Source: Candidatus Hydrogenedentes bacterium ADurb.Bin170 (GTDB lineage Bacteria > Hydrogenedentota > Hydrogenedentia > Hydrogenedentales > CAITNO01). Taken from it: a stretch of DNA of 64,000 nucleotides. Below, piece by piece: positions 25,918 through 35,403 of this stretch. Made by a program: the position numbers and the translations under genes. Where the stretch lies: positions 9,122 to 73,121 of the forward strand of contig MWCY01000010.1 of the NCBI GenBank assembly GCA_002070275.1. Direction: 5' to 3'. Within the stretch, counting starts at the first letter, position 1; every line of letters starts with the position of its first letter. The notes beneath the pieces were generated by a model. It was not told the origin of the DNA and searched no databases. It was given only the letters and a program-made list of their open reading frames with translations.

Positions 25918-27374
25918 TTCCGGCTGCGCTCATCCTTTTCTGGCTGATCATGGCAGGACTGCTTGTGTACAGGGAGGCCGTTGTGCCTCGCCTGTACCAT
26001 GGCGGCACGTGGAAGCGGGCTGCTATGCCGGAGGATATCTGGCTCGGTCTTTTTTTCGGGGAAGATCAGCTTGCCGGTTCTGTTCACCTGCAGACAGCAC
26101 CTTCCGACAGAAACGACGAAGAGGGCACTTCACTCAAGGCGTCGGTTTATCTTGATCTGCCGCTCTTCGGGAAAAAGACCCATTTTGCCCTTACGGGTAC
26201 AGCCTGGCAGTCTGCCCTGTATGGACTTCGTGAATTTGATTTCGCGCTTCGAGCTGAAGAGCACGATATGCGCCTTACGGGTACGGTAGACGCAGGTCAA
26301 ATAAATGCGGTCATGCATACAGCCGGTGAGGAGGTGCCGTTTACGCTGCCCGTGGGGAGCAAACTGCTTCTGTCCGGCGGGTTGGGGTTGTCTGCCGTCA
26401 CGCTGCCGCACATGCAGCCGGGAGAAGTCGTGTATCTGGATGCTTTTGACCCGGCGACCATGTCTCTTGGAAAAGCCCGGCTTGAAGCCCTCCGGCATGA
26501 AGTGCTGCAGGTGGCAGGGGAGGCTGTGGAAACCACACTCATAGAAACCAGCATTGGCGGAATTGTAACGCGCGCATGGGTTTCCAAAGACGAGGAAATA
26601 GTCCGCGCTGAAACGCCCTTGGGGCTGATTATTAAAAAGATATCGCCGGAAGATGTTTTAAAGGCGGAAGAGCGTGAAGATTCCGGTGTTGCCCGTGAAG
26701 CACTTACTGTCCGGGCAAAGGGGCTTCCCGTCGCAAAGGATATGAACCGTCTGGTTCTCCGTATTTCGGGGCTGAATGAAACACTGAATCTGCCTGAAGA
26801 CAGCCGTCAGCATCGTGAGGGCGATCTGTGGGTCTTTGAACGACAGGAACCCGGAAAGGCAGCGGCGACGGAACCTTTCTCCGCATCGGATGCGGATGAA
26901 TATCTTGCTCCCGATATTTTTATTCAGTCCAGCCATCCCCGGATCCAGGAAATGGCGGCATCCATTGCCGGCGAAACAGAAGACCCCTGGATCGCTGCTG
27001 TTCAGCTCCATGACTGGGTCTACGAGCATGTGAAGAAAGTGCATGTGCTTTCCGTTCCCAGCGCGCTGGAAGTGCTTGAACGGCTTGAAGGCGACTGCAA
27101 TGAACACGCTGTGCTTTATGTGGCGTTTGCCCGTGCGTTGAAAATTCCGTCGCGAGTCGCCATCGGTCTTGTCTGGAGCGATGAGCTCAATGCTTTCGGA
27201 TATCATGCCTGGCCGGAAGTGTACACGGGGCGCTGGATTGCTCTTGATCCCACTTTCGGAGAGCGTTATGCCTCCCCTACTCACATAAAACTGTTTACCG
27301 GGAGCATAGACCAATGGGCGCGGCTTATGGCATTTGTCGGAAAGATAGAGATTGAAGTTGTCTCCGTGAGCTGA
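25893..27374 (+). CDS. Membrane-anchored transglutaminase-like (Cys-His-Asp) domain protein, paralogue 1
   Basis: N-terminal TM LIPAALILFWLIMAGLLVY. The core is LEGDCNEHAVLYVAFARALKIPSR...GYHAWPEVY...DPT. The GTG start overlaps the secA end by 25 nt, so the start is uncertain. Confidence 0.7.
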   Translation: MLRTPKRLIPAALILFWLIMAGLLVYREAVVPRLYHGGTWKRAAMPEDIWLGLFFGEDQLAGSVHLQTAPSDRNDEEGTSLKASVYLDLPLFGKKTHFALTGTAWQSALYGLREFDFALRAEEHDMRLTGTVDAGQINAVMHTAGEEVPFTLPVGSKLLLSGGLGLSAVTLPHMQPGEVVYLDAFDPATMSLGKARLEALRHEVLQVAGEAVETTLIETSIGGIVTRAWVSKDEEIVRAETPLGLIIKKISPEDVLKAEEREDSGVAREALTVRAKGLPVAKDMNRLVLRISGLNETLNLPEDSRQHREGDLWVFERQEPGKAAATEPFSASDADEYLAPDIFIQSSHPRIQEMAASIAGETEDPWIAAVQLHDWVYEHVKKVHVLSVPSALEVLERLEGDCNEHAVLYVAFARALKIPSRVAIGLVWSDELNAFGYHAWPEVYTGRWIALDPTFGERYASPTHIKLFTGSIDQWARLMAFVGKIEIEVVSVS

Positions 27375-27431
27375 AGCAGTGCTGTTGCCGGAAGAAAAAT
27401 CTTTTCAGGACAGAACAAAGGAAACAAAAAG

Positions 27432-28424
27432 ATGACAGATAGCATCCGCTGGGGTATTCTCGGCACAGGCACCATTGCCCGGAAATTCGCCGAAGGTCTG
27501 CGCTTCGCCAAAGGGGCGGAACTGCGTGCTGTAGGGTCGCGCTCGATGGAGACGGCGGTGCAGTTCGCCGAACAATATCAGGTGCCTAACCGTCACGCCT
27601 GTTACGAGTCCCTTGCAGCGGATCCGGAAGTCGATGTGGTGTATATAGCCACGCCGCATCCCATGCACAAAAACAATTCCATGCTCTGCCTGAACGCGGG
27701 CAAGGCTGTTCTTTGCGAAAAGCCTTTCACGGTTAACCGGGAGGAAGCGGAAGCGCTGGCAGACTGTGCGCGCGAAACGGGGTGCTTTCTCATGGAGGCC
27801 ATGTGGACCCGCTTTATTCCGGTCATTTGTGAAGTGCGTCGGCTGCTTCGGGAAGGCGTGCTCGGACAGGTGCGGCTTATCCGGGGTGATTTCGGTTTTT
27901 GTGGTGATTATGAAGAAGACAAAAGTGCATTTCTTCCCGAGCTCGCAGGCGGTGCGCTTCTTGATGTGGGTATTTATCCGTTGTCTTTGGCTTCCATGGT
28001 TTTCGGGGCCTATCCGGCAAAAGTACTTTCAGCGGCAACTTTCGGTAAATACGGGACAGATGAATTGAATGCAGTTACGCTTGTTTACCCCGACGGTGGT
28101 CTTGCCCTTGTTTCCAGTGCCATTCGATTGGAGACGCCGCAGGATGCGGTTATTACCGGCGACAAAGGATCCATCCATATTCATGCACCTTTCTGGTGCG
28201 CCGAAAAAATAACGGTAAGCGTTGGCGGCAGCGCTCCGGAAGTGATTGAAATGCCGCTGTACGGAAACGGATATAATTACGAAGCGGAAGCGGTGATGGA
28301 GGCAATGCGTGAAGGCAGACTGGAGTCGCCGGTTATGCCGCTGTACGAGTCAATTGCGCTGGTTGCGCTGATGGATGAAATTCGCGCGCAATGGAAGCTC
28401 CGCTATCCGGTGGAAAACACGTGA
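27432..28424 (+). CDS. Gfo/Idh/MocA-family NAD(P)-dependent oxidoreductase
   Basis: IRWGILGTGTIARKF and the LCEKPF motif. Confidence 0.85.
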   Translation: MTDSIRWGILGTGTIARKFAEGLRFAKGAELRAVGSRSMETAVQFAEQYQVPNRHACYESLAADPEVDVVYIATPHPMHKNNSMLCLNAGKAVLCEKPFTVNREEAEALADCARETGCFLMEAMWTRFIPVICEVRRLLREGVLGQVRLIRGDFGFCGDYEEDKSAFLPELAGGALLDVGIYPLSLASMVFGAYPAKVLSAATFGKYGTDELNAVTLVYPDGGLALVSSAIRLETPQDAVITGDKGSIHIHAPFWCAEKITVSVGGSAPEVIEMPLYGNGYNYEAEAVMEAMREGRLESPVMPLYESIALVALMDEIRAQWKLRYPVENT

Positions 28425-28483
28425 GACCGTGGTTTTGGGAAGAATACTTTCTCTGCTGGGTCATCCGGCAAAAAAGGTCTGAT

Positions 28484-28507
28484 ATTTCATATGAAATACA
28501 GTATAAT
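28484..28507 (+). promoter_or_regulatory. 14-bp perfect palindrome ATTTCATATGAAAT followed by a TATAAT -10 box, upstream of the pilB-like gene
   Basis: The palindrome is at 28484-28497 and TATAAT at 28502-28507, 38 nt before the ATG. Confidence 0.4.
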
Positions 28508-28544
28508 AAGCATGCCGTATTAAATAGAGTGAGAGAGTAAAGCC

Positions 28545-30275
28545 ATGGCGTACAAGATTCGTAAGGAACGTCTTCCGGATATGCTGCTTGCGGAGGGGCT
28601 TGTCAACAAGGCGCAGCTGTCGGAGTGTGTGGAGATTCACCGTAACACCGGGCAGAGTCTGCCTTCACTGCTTGTGGGCATGGGCTATCTTGACGAAGAG
28701 GATCTGGCGGGAACCTTATCGGACAACCTCGGCATTCCTCATATCCGTGTAGCCAGCTGCAACGTCTCCAAAGAGGTGCTGAAGGAAGTGCCTGAATCTC
28801 TTGCGCGGCAGTATCAGATGCTGCCTGTGTCCATAACCGGGGGCGTGCTTACCCTTGCCATGGCGGATCCGCTCAATATCATGGCAATCGATGATTTGCG
28901 CATGGTGACCAAGTACGACATTGAACCGGTAGTGGGTATTATGTCGGAACTGCGCGCTGCCATCGATCGCTTCTACGGCGGTTCTTCAGAAGATCAGCTG
29001 CTCAGCACGATCATGGGCAAGAATGCAGAGCGTTTTGAAGAAATTATGCCGGTTCAGGATGATGAGCCCCGCGAAAATCTGTCTGCAATTACCAAGGGCG
29101 CGGAAATCGAGCCCGTTCGCGAGCTGGTCCGTCTGATTCTGAAAAGCGGGCTTGATCAGGGCGCCAGCGATATTCATATTGAACCCTTTGAAAAGCTTGT
29201 GCGTGTCCGCTACCGCATAGACGGACAGCTCGAAGAAGCAACCATCAAGCCGCCGAAGAACATGCAGCCCAATCTTATCGCACGGCTCAAGATTTTGTCG
29301 GGCTGTCGTATTGATGAACACCGTCTGCCTCAGGACGGCAGGGCCCGCATGTTCTACAATGACCGTGAAATCGACTTCCGTGTTGCCTTCCTCCCCTGTA
29401 AATACGGGGAAAAGGTGGTGCTGCGTATTCTGGATCAGGGCAGCCTCACGCTGGACCTTGATTCGTTAGGTTTTGAACCGCAGCCCATGGAAGCTTTCAA
29501 GCAGGCACTGGACATGCCCCATGGCATGATCCTGCTGACGGGACCTACAGGAAGCGGAAAAACAACGACGCTTTACAGCGCGCTTCACCGCCTGAATACC
29601 ATGGAAACCAATATCGTCACTGTGGAAGACCCGATTGAATATGAACTTTTCGGGGTGAATCAGGTGCAGGTGCGCCAGCGGATCGGATTTACCTTTGCGG
29701 AGGCGCTCCGTCAGATTCTGCGTCAGGACCCGGATGTGGTTATGGTGGGTGAGATTCGAGATGGTGAAACAGCGGACGTAGCAGTAAAAGCTGCCCTGAC
29801 AGGTCACCTTGTTCTGAGTACGCTGCACACCAACGATGCTTCCGGTGTGTTCCCGCGTCTGATTGATATGGACGTGGAGCCTTTCCTCGTGCAGTCGTCT
29901 GTAGCGCTGGCAGCGGCGCAGCGTCTGCTGAAACGGCTCTGCAACGAGTGCAAGCAGCCGGTCGACATTCCGGAGGAAGTGCTGCAACGCGTCCAGTACA
30001 CGCCTTTTTCCTATATTGAAAAGCCGCAGTTCTACAATGCGACGGGCTGCTCAAAATGTAAGGAGACGGGGTACAAAGGGCGTGTTGCTGTGGTGGAAGT
30101 GATGCTGAACTGGCCGGAACTGCAGCCGCTGGTGCTTGGCCGCGCATCGGGGCACGAAATCAAGGAACAGGCGATTGCCTGCGGCATGAAGACACTGCGT
30201 CAGAATTCGTTGTCAAAAGCTGCTCAGGGAGTTACAACGATACAACAGGTTCTGGAGCACACGATTGCCGACTGA
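28545..30275 (+). CDS. pilB: GspE/PilB-family secretion/pilus assembly ATPase with an N-terminal MshEN-like (T2SSE_N) domain
   Basis: GPTGSGKTTTLY, VEDPIEY, GHLVLSTLHTND, and the tetracysteine CNECKQ...CSKCKETGYKGR. Confidence 0.85.
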   Translation: MAYKIRKERLPDMLLAEGLVNKAQLSECVEIHRNTGQSLPSLLVGMGYLDEEDLAGTLSDNLGIPHIRVASCNVSKEVLKEVPESLARQYQMLPVSITGGVLTLAMADPLNIMAIDDLRMVTKYDIEPVVGIMSELRAAIDRFYGGSSEDQLLSTIMGKNAERFEEIMPVQDDEPRENLSAITKGAEIEPVRELVRLILKSGLDQGASDIHIEPFEKLVRVRYRIDGQLEEATIKPPKNMQPNLIARLKILSGCRIDEHRLPQDGRARMFYNDREIDFRVAFLPCKYGEKVVLRILDQGSLTLDLDSLGFEPQPMEAFKQALDMPHGMILLTGPTGSGKTTTLYSALHRLNTMETNIVTVEDPIEYELFGVNQVQVRQRIGFTFAEALRQILRQDPDVVMVGEIRDGETADVAVKAALTGHLVLSTLHTNDASGVFPRLIDMDVEPFLVQSSVALAAAQRLLKRLCNECKQPVDIPEEVLQRVQYTPFSYIEKPQFYNATGCSKCKETGYKGRVAVVEVMLNWPELQPLVLGRASGHEIKEQAIACGMKTLRQNSLSKAAQGVTTIQQVLEHTIAD

Positions 30276-30400
30276 TGGAAAGCGGGGTTATACGGACGGT
30301 CAGGTTGTATGCCGGCGGTTTGTGCGTAAAAACTACTTTTCTGTCATCACGGCTTTATGGCTGTGCGCTGATTTAACATAAAAAAAAGGAAGGACTAATC

Positions 30401-31474
30401 ATGGCTGCACCTCATATTCGGGAACTGCTTGTCAAAATGGTGGAAGAAGAGGCAAGCGACCTGCATATCGTTGTCGGAGCACCGCCCATGGTGCGCATTA
30501 ACGGAAGTGTCGAACCGCTGAAAGGGTATGCGCGGCTGAACGCTCATGACACTCAGGAACTGGTATACAGCGTCATGAATGAGGAGCAGATAGCCGAATT
30601 TGAATCAGAAAAGGAATGTGACCTTTCTTTCGGCGTGGAAGGATTGAGCCGCTTTCGTCTCAATGTTTATTTGGACAGGGGTTCCGTTGTCGGTGCTTTT
30701 CGCTCCATTCCCTATACAATACTTTCTTTTGAAGAGCTGGGACTTCCACGGGTTATTGCTGAATTTGCCCATAAACCGGTAGGTCTGGTGCTTGTTTGCG
30801 GTCCCACCGGCAGCGGCAAGTCAACGACCCTCGCCACCATTATCAATAAGATCAACACAGAGCGCAAGACGCATATCATCACGGTGGAAGATCCTATTGA
30901 ATACCTGCATCGGCATCGCATGTCCATCATTAACCAGCGCGAAGTGCATTCGGACACCAAGTCCTTCAATGCGGCGCTGAAACGTATTCTCCGGCAGGAC
31001 CCCGATGTCATCCTTATCGGCGAGATGCGCGATCCTGAAACGATCCAGGCCGCCCTGACCGTTGCGGAAACCGGCCATCTGGCCTTTGCTACACTGCATA
31101 CCAACGATGCCCTGCAAACGATCAACCGTATTGTCGACGTGTTCCCGTCGGCACAGCAGTCCCAGATTCGCACCCAGTTGTCTTTTGTGCTGGAAGGGGT
31201 AGTTGTCCAGCAGCTGATCCCCCGCGCCGACGGTCTCGGTCGGGTTATCGCCCTGGAAGTCATGCTGCCCAATCCCGCCATACGTTCTCTGATCCGCTCG
31301 GAAAAACTGGAGCAGATTCCGTCAATGATTGAAATAGGCAAGGCGGAAGGAATGATGACAATGAATCAGTCGCTGTACCGCCTGCTGCGGCGCGGGATAA
31401 TCACTATGGACATGGCATTTAAGCGCAGCTTTGATCCGGAAGGGCTTCAGAATCTGATCAATAAGGGGCTGTAG
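30401..31474 (+). CDS. pilT: Twitching-motility retraction ATPase PilT
   Basis: 357 aa. GPTGSGKSTTLA, VEDPIEYLH, AETGHLAFATLHTNDA. It has no N-terminal extension. Confidence 0.9.
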   Translation: MAAPHIRELLVKMVEEEASDLHIVVGAPPMVRINGSVEPLKGYARLNAHDTQELVYSVMNEEQIAEFESEKECDLSFGVEGLSRFRLNVYLDRGSVVGAFRSIPYTILSFEELGLPRVIAEFAHKPVGLVLVCGPTGSGKSTTLATIINKINTERKTHIITVEDPIEYLHRHRMSIINQREVHSDTKSFNAALKRILRQDPDVILIGEMRDPETIQAALTVAETGHLAFATLHTNDALQTINRIVDVFPSAQQSQIRTQLSFVLEGVVVQQLIPRADGLGRVIALEVMLPNPAIRSLIRSEKLEQIPSMIEIGKAEGMMTMNQSLYRLLRRGIITMDMAFKRSFDPEGLQNLINKGL

Positions 31475-31489
31475 CATCGGCTTTGGCGT

Positions 31490-33148
31490 ATGCCGGGCTT
31501 ATTGGAGCCTCAGAACTTCTATCCGGGCAGAGTTGCCATGGGAGCTGAAAAAGTGCGAAGAGGAGTCGTGCGCCTGCTGAGCGCTGTCATCAGCAGACTG
31601 AAGCCGGAATATGAGGGCGGTTCTTTCTGGCTTCTGACGAGCGGTGTGCTCCGCATCGTGATTTTGCTGCTGGCGAGTCTGGGCACACAGCGCGTTTTTC
31701 AGCCTGACATTGCCCTGTGGCTTTTGACGGGGCTTTTTATTGCCGCCATGGCATGCGGCATCTGGTTTCTGATCGTTGTGCGTTTTCAGGGTAAGGTAAG
31801 CCCCGCACTGGTCTGGACTCAGGTGCTTCTGGACTTCACTATTGTTGCCGCCACGCTCAGTTATACAGGAGGACACGGAAGTTATTTCAGTTTTCTTTTT
31901 GTGGTGATCATTCTTGAAGCGGGAATGCTCATGGGTTTTTTCCACGGCTTTGTTTTTGCATTCCTTTCCATGACCTATATTCTGACGCTTCAGCCGCCCG
32001 ATCCTTTTAAAGCGGTATTTGCCCTGCCCTATTGGTACTCCCTGTTGCTCCAGGGCACCGCTCTTTTTATTACGGCGCTTATCAGCGGACAATGGAATGA
32101 GCGGATTAATCGCCTGAAGCGGTTTCAGCGCGAGATACTGGACAATATGGTGAGCGGCTTTCTTTTCTGTGATCTTGACGGCAAAATCAGCATCGCCAAC
32201 AAAGCGGCATGCGCCATTCTGGATATAGATGAGGCTTCTCTGGTCGGTCAAAATGCCACCAGAACACCGCTGTGCGGAGCGGGCAAAGAGTATCCCGTTG
32301 TCACGGCGCTGCAGACCGGCAGTGATTATATAAACTATGAATATTCAGTGGAGACAAAAGGCGGGAGAACCAAAGTTCTCGAACTGACCACGCATAAAAT
32401 GCTGGGTCGTACCGGTCGTATGCAGGCGCTTATTGTAACCTTTAAAGATATAACGGAAATGGCGGAAATGCGGCAGATGCTGCGGCGCAATGACAGACTG
32501 GCAGCGGTCGGTGAATCGGCGACGGAACTGACCCACGAAATCCGCAATCCCCTCGCATCACTGCAAAGTGCCGTGGAAGAACTGCAGCGGAATCTGGCAT
32601 CGCCGGATATGGCACAGCGGCTCGCCGCCATTGCACTGCGCGAATCGAGACACCTCAACGGCATTGTTACCAGTTTTCTGGACTTTGCCAGAAATCCCGA
32701 GATAAACCGGGAAGCTATGGAACTGGGTTCTTTTCTTGACAGTCTCGGCACGGCATACAGCGAAATGCATCCCGACATTGAATTTTCTGTTATCCGGGGT
32801 GATACGCAGTGTTTTATTGCGGCAGACCCTGTTCAAATGCGACAGCTCTGTGATAACATTCTGATGAACAGCGTGGAAGCTATGGACGGTCGGGGTATGA
32901 TCAGAGTGGAATTGACAGAGAAAGACCGTTTTGCCGAAATTGCTTTTCACGATACGGGCCCCGGTATTTCACCTGCCAGTATTCCACGTCTCTTTGACCC
33001 TTTTTATACCGAGAAAAAACATGGTGTCGGAATGGGGCTTGCTGTATGCCTGCGTATTGTCACTGCTCATGACGGAAGTATTCAGGCTGTGCCCCATGCG
33101 GACGGCGGGGCAACAATCATTGTCCGCCTTCCAAAACGCTCTGACTGA
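31490..33148 (+). CDS. Membrane sensor histidine kinase (PilS/NtrB-like)
   Basis: About 6 TM helices and a PAS domain. H-box ELTHEIRNPLASL, N-box ILMNSVEA, G1 HDTGPGI, G2 GVGMGLAV. The start could be a downstream ATG. Confidence 0.85.
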   Translation: MPGLLEPQNFYPGRVAMGAEKVRRGVVRLLSAVISRLKPEYEGGSFWLLTSGVLRIVILLLASLGTQRVFQPDIALWLLTGLFIAAMACGIWFLIVVRFQGKVSPALVWTQVLLDFTIVAATLSYTGGHGSYFSFLFVVIILEAGMLMGFFHGFVFAFLSMTYILTLQPPDPFKAVFALPYWYSLLLQGTALFITALISGQWNERINRLKRFQREILDNMVSGFLFCDLDGKISIANKAACAILDIDEASLVGQNATRTPLCGAGKEYPVVTALQTGSDYINYEYSVETKGGRTKVLELTTHKMLGRTGRMQALIVTFKDITEMAEMRQMLRRNDRLAAVGESATELTHEIRNPLASLQSAVEELQRNLASPDMAQRLAAIALRESRHLNGIVTSFLDFARNPEINREAMELGSFLDSLGTAYSEMHPDIEFSVIRGDTQCFIAADPVQMRQLCDNILMNSVEAMDGRGMIRVELTEKDRFAEIAFHDTGPGISPASIPRLFDPFYTEKKHGVGMGLAVCLRIVTAHDGSIQAVPHADGGATIIVRLPKRSD

Positions 33149-33174
33149 AAAGATAAGGATCATCAGCAAAGATT

Positions 33175-34569
33175 ATGACTAAAAAGCATAAAGTTCTGGT
33201 TGTGGACGATGAGACCAGTATCTGCGAGGTGCTGGAGATTGTCCTGAGCAATGCAGGCTATACAGTCAGGACGGCTCTTTCTGTGGAGGCGGCAATCGAC
33301 CTGCTTGCTTCTGAAAACGTGGATGTTGTCCTGACGGATTTGTATATGGACACAGACCGCAATGCCGGACTGCGCCTGCTGGAACATCTTAAAAGCTACC
33401 TGCCTAAGACCCCGGCTATCATGATGACGGCGCACGGCAGTATTGATACAGCCATTGAGGCCATGCGACTGGGTGCTGTGGACTATGTGCAGAAGCCTTT
33501 TAAAAGCAATGAAGAAATGCTGCTGCGCATTGAGCGGGCGCTGGAAAAGCGGTGGCTCATTCGGGAGAACGAGGCGTTCCGTACAGAACAGGCAAAACGG
33601 GGCAGCCTGGATACCATGGTGGGTGACAGTCCGGTTTTTGTGCAGGTGCGCGAGTTGATCAGCCGCGTGGCGGCACTGCCCAGTACGGTGGCGATTCAGG
33701 GAGAAAGCGGTGTCGGTAAAGAACTCGTTGCCAGAGCGCTCCACTCGCTGAGTCCCCGCGCCAGCAAGCCTTTTGTTGCCATCAATTGCGGTGGTATTCC
33801 GGAAATGCTTTTGGAAAGCGAACTCTTCGGCTACAAAAAAGGCGCTTTTACCGGTGCTGTACAGGACAAAGAAGGGCTTTTTGTCATTGCCAGCGGTGGC
33901 ACCATTTTTCTGGACGAAATCGGCGAGATGCCGCTCCGGCTGCAGGTAAAGCTGCTGCGGGTGCTGGACGACAATACGGTGACTCCTGTAGGAGGCATCA
34001 CATCCACCACAGTGGATGTCCGTGTGCTGTCCGCCACCAACCGCGATCTGGGTGACATGGTGGCGAAGGGAGAATTCCGAAACGATCTGTATTACAGGCT
34101 GAACGTGATTCCTATCCGGGTGCCGTCTCTTCGGGAACGAAAAGAAGATATACCGCTGCTGGTTCGCCATCTGGTTAAAAAACATAGTGAAAGTATGCAT
34201 CTGCCCGCCAAAAAAGTGAGCAGGGAAGCAGAAGAAGCACTGCTGCGCTATAGTTGGCCGGGCAATATCCGGGAGCTGAGCAATGTGCTCGAGCGGGCGC
34301 TCGGTCTGAGCGAAGAGGATATGCTGAACCTGATGGATCTTCCCGAATATATTCGCAAGGAGACATTGTCTCAGGACGCGCCTTCTTTCGAAATACCGGC
34401 GGAGGGATTTCTTCTTGAAGATGAAATAGCGAAGATAGAAAAAGAATTTCTGTGTAAGGCGCTTGAAATGAGCCGCAATTCCCCGCAGAAAACGGCACAG
34501 CTGCTGGGCCTCAATATCCGTGCACTGCGCTACCGTCTTGATAAATACGGGCTGTCCACGGAGCAGTAG
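33175..34569 (+). CDS. Sigma54-dependent response regulator (NtrC/PilR family)
   Basis: REC domain (VLVVDDE, VVLTDLYM). AAA+ domain with GESGVGKE, GAFTGA and ESELFGY. Fis-type HTH SPQKTAQLLGLNIRALRYRL. Confidence 0.9.
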   Translation: MTKKHKVLVVDDETSICEVLEIVLSNAGYTVRTALSVEAAIDLLASENVDVVLTDLYMDTDRNAGLRLLEHLKSYLPKTPAIMMTAHGSIDTAIEAMRLGAVDYVQKPFKSNEEMLLRIERALEKRWLIRENEAFRTEQAKRGSLDTMVGDSPVFVQVRELISRVAALPSTVAIQGESGVGKELVARALHSLSPRASKPFVAINCGGIPEMLLESELFGYKKGAFTGAVQDKEGLFVIASGGTIFLDEIGEMPLRLQVKLLRVLDDNTVTPVGGITSTTVDVRVLSATNRDLGDMVAKGEFRNDLYYRLNVIPIRVPSLRERKEDIPLLVRHLVKKHSESMHLPAKKVSREAEEALLRYSWPGNIRELSNVLERALGLSEEDMLNLMDLPEYIRKETLSQDAPSFEIPAEGFLLEDEIAKIEKEFLCKALEMSRNSPQKTAQLLGLNIRALRYRLDKYGLSTEQ

Positions 34570-34802
34570 ACAAATTGTGCCAGAAGAAAAGAGCTGTTCC
34601 CCGCCCCGGTGTCGGCTAGCTTGGTGAAGCGACCGGGTAAAGGGCTGCACCCGGAATTTTTCACCTAAAATCAGAAAAAGAATGCTTTTCTTTACGTACG
34701 CCCCGGGGCAGGGAAGCACTGAGTGGCTTTTCATGTTTCCTTTTTTGAATGCTCAAATAGAAAACGGGTACAATGACCCCACTTATTCAGGGAGAATCCA
34801 CC

Positions 34803-35369
34803 ATGATGCGTTCCATAGTGATCAATAGTTGTCTGATTCTTGCAGTGGTGTTGACAGGGCTGGGCTGTGCCCGGGCCGCCCGGGACACCTCCGGTTTTGC
34901 CCTTCGCGAGGAAACCACTGTCGCAAGCGGCTATGAAAACACCTGGCAGACGGTGAAACATGTACTGCGCGAGCAGGGCTACGAAGTGTACACCATGGAT
35001 AAACGGGGCTATTTTGTTGCCTACACACCGCTCAAGCGCATTTTGTGGATGCAGCCCAAGCGTACAAAATTTACGGTGGAACTGGCGCGCCTGTCAGACA
35101 ATGAGACAGTAATCGCCGTGGAGAGTATCCGGCAAATTTACGGCGTGACACTGCTTACCCACCCCAACTGGCATGATCGCAAGCAGAACGATCCGGCGCC
35201 GGGAGCGGCACTGCTGGAAGGCATCCGCACCAAACTGGCGGAGGGCGGTGCGCCTGCGGAGTCCTTTGCCGATGAAGTTGACGCCGCAGCCGCAAAAGAA
35301 GAGGTTCTTCCCGTGGAAGAACCTGCTGTGATCGAAGCAGAAGATCTGACTGACCCGGCCACTCCGTAA
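34803..35369 (+). CDS. Lipoprotein of unknown function
   Basis: The start is trimmed to the ATG at 34803, which has a GGGAGA SD. The lipobox is VLTGLGC. The C-terminal tail is acidic and Ala/Glu-rich. Confidence 0.6.
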   Translation: MMRSIVINSCLILAVVLTGLGCARAARDTSGFALREETTVASGYENTWQTVKHVLREQGYEVYTMDKRGYFVAYTPLKRILWMQPKRTKFTVELARLSDNETVIAVESIRQIYGVTLLTHPNWHDRKQNDPAPGAALLEGIRTKLAEGGAPAESFADEVDAAAAKEEVLPVEEPAVIEAEDLTDPATP

Positions 35370-35403
35370 GAAAGCAGCGGAAGCGGGTTTCATTGTGCCT
35401 GTT

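Noticed and set aside
33163-34734. 523-aa ORF on the minus strand
   Set aside because: It lies entirely antisense to the NtrC/PilR-family gene, whose REC, AAA+ (GAFTGA) and HTH motifs are unambiguous. The antisense product has no motifs and shows the Arg/His/Gln-rich composition typical of shadow ORFs in GC-rich DNA.
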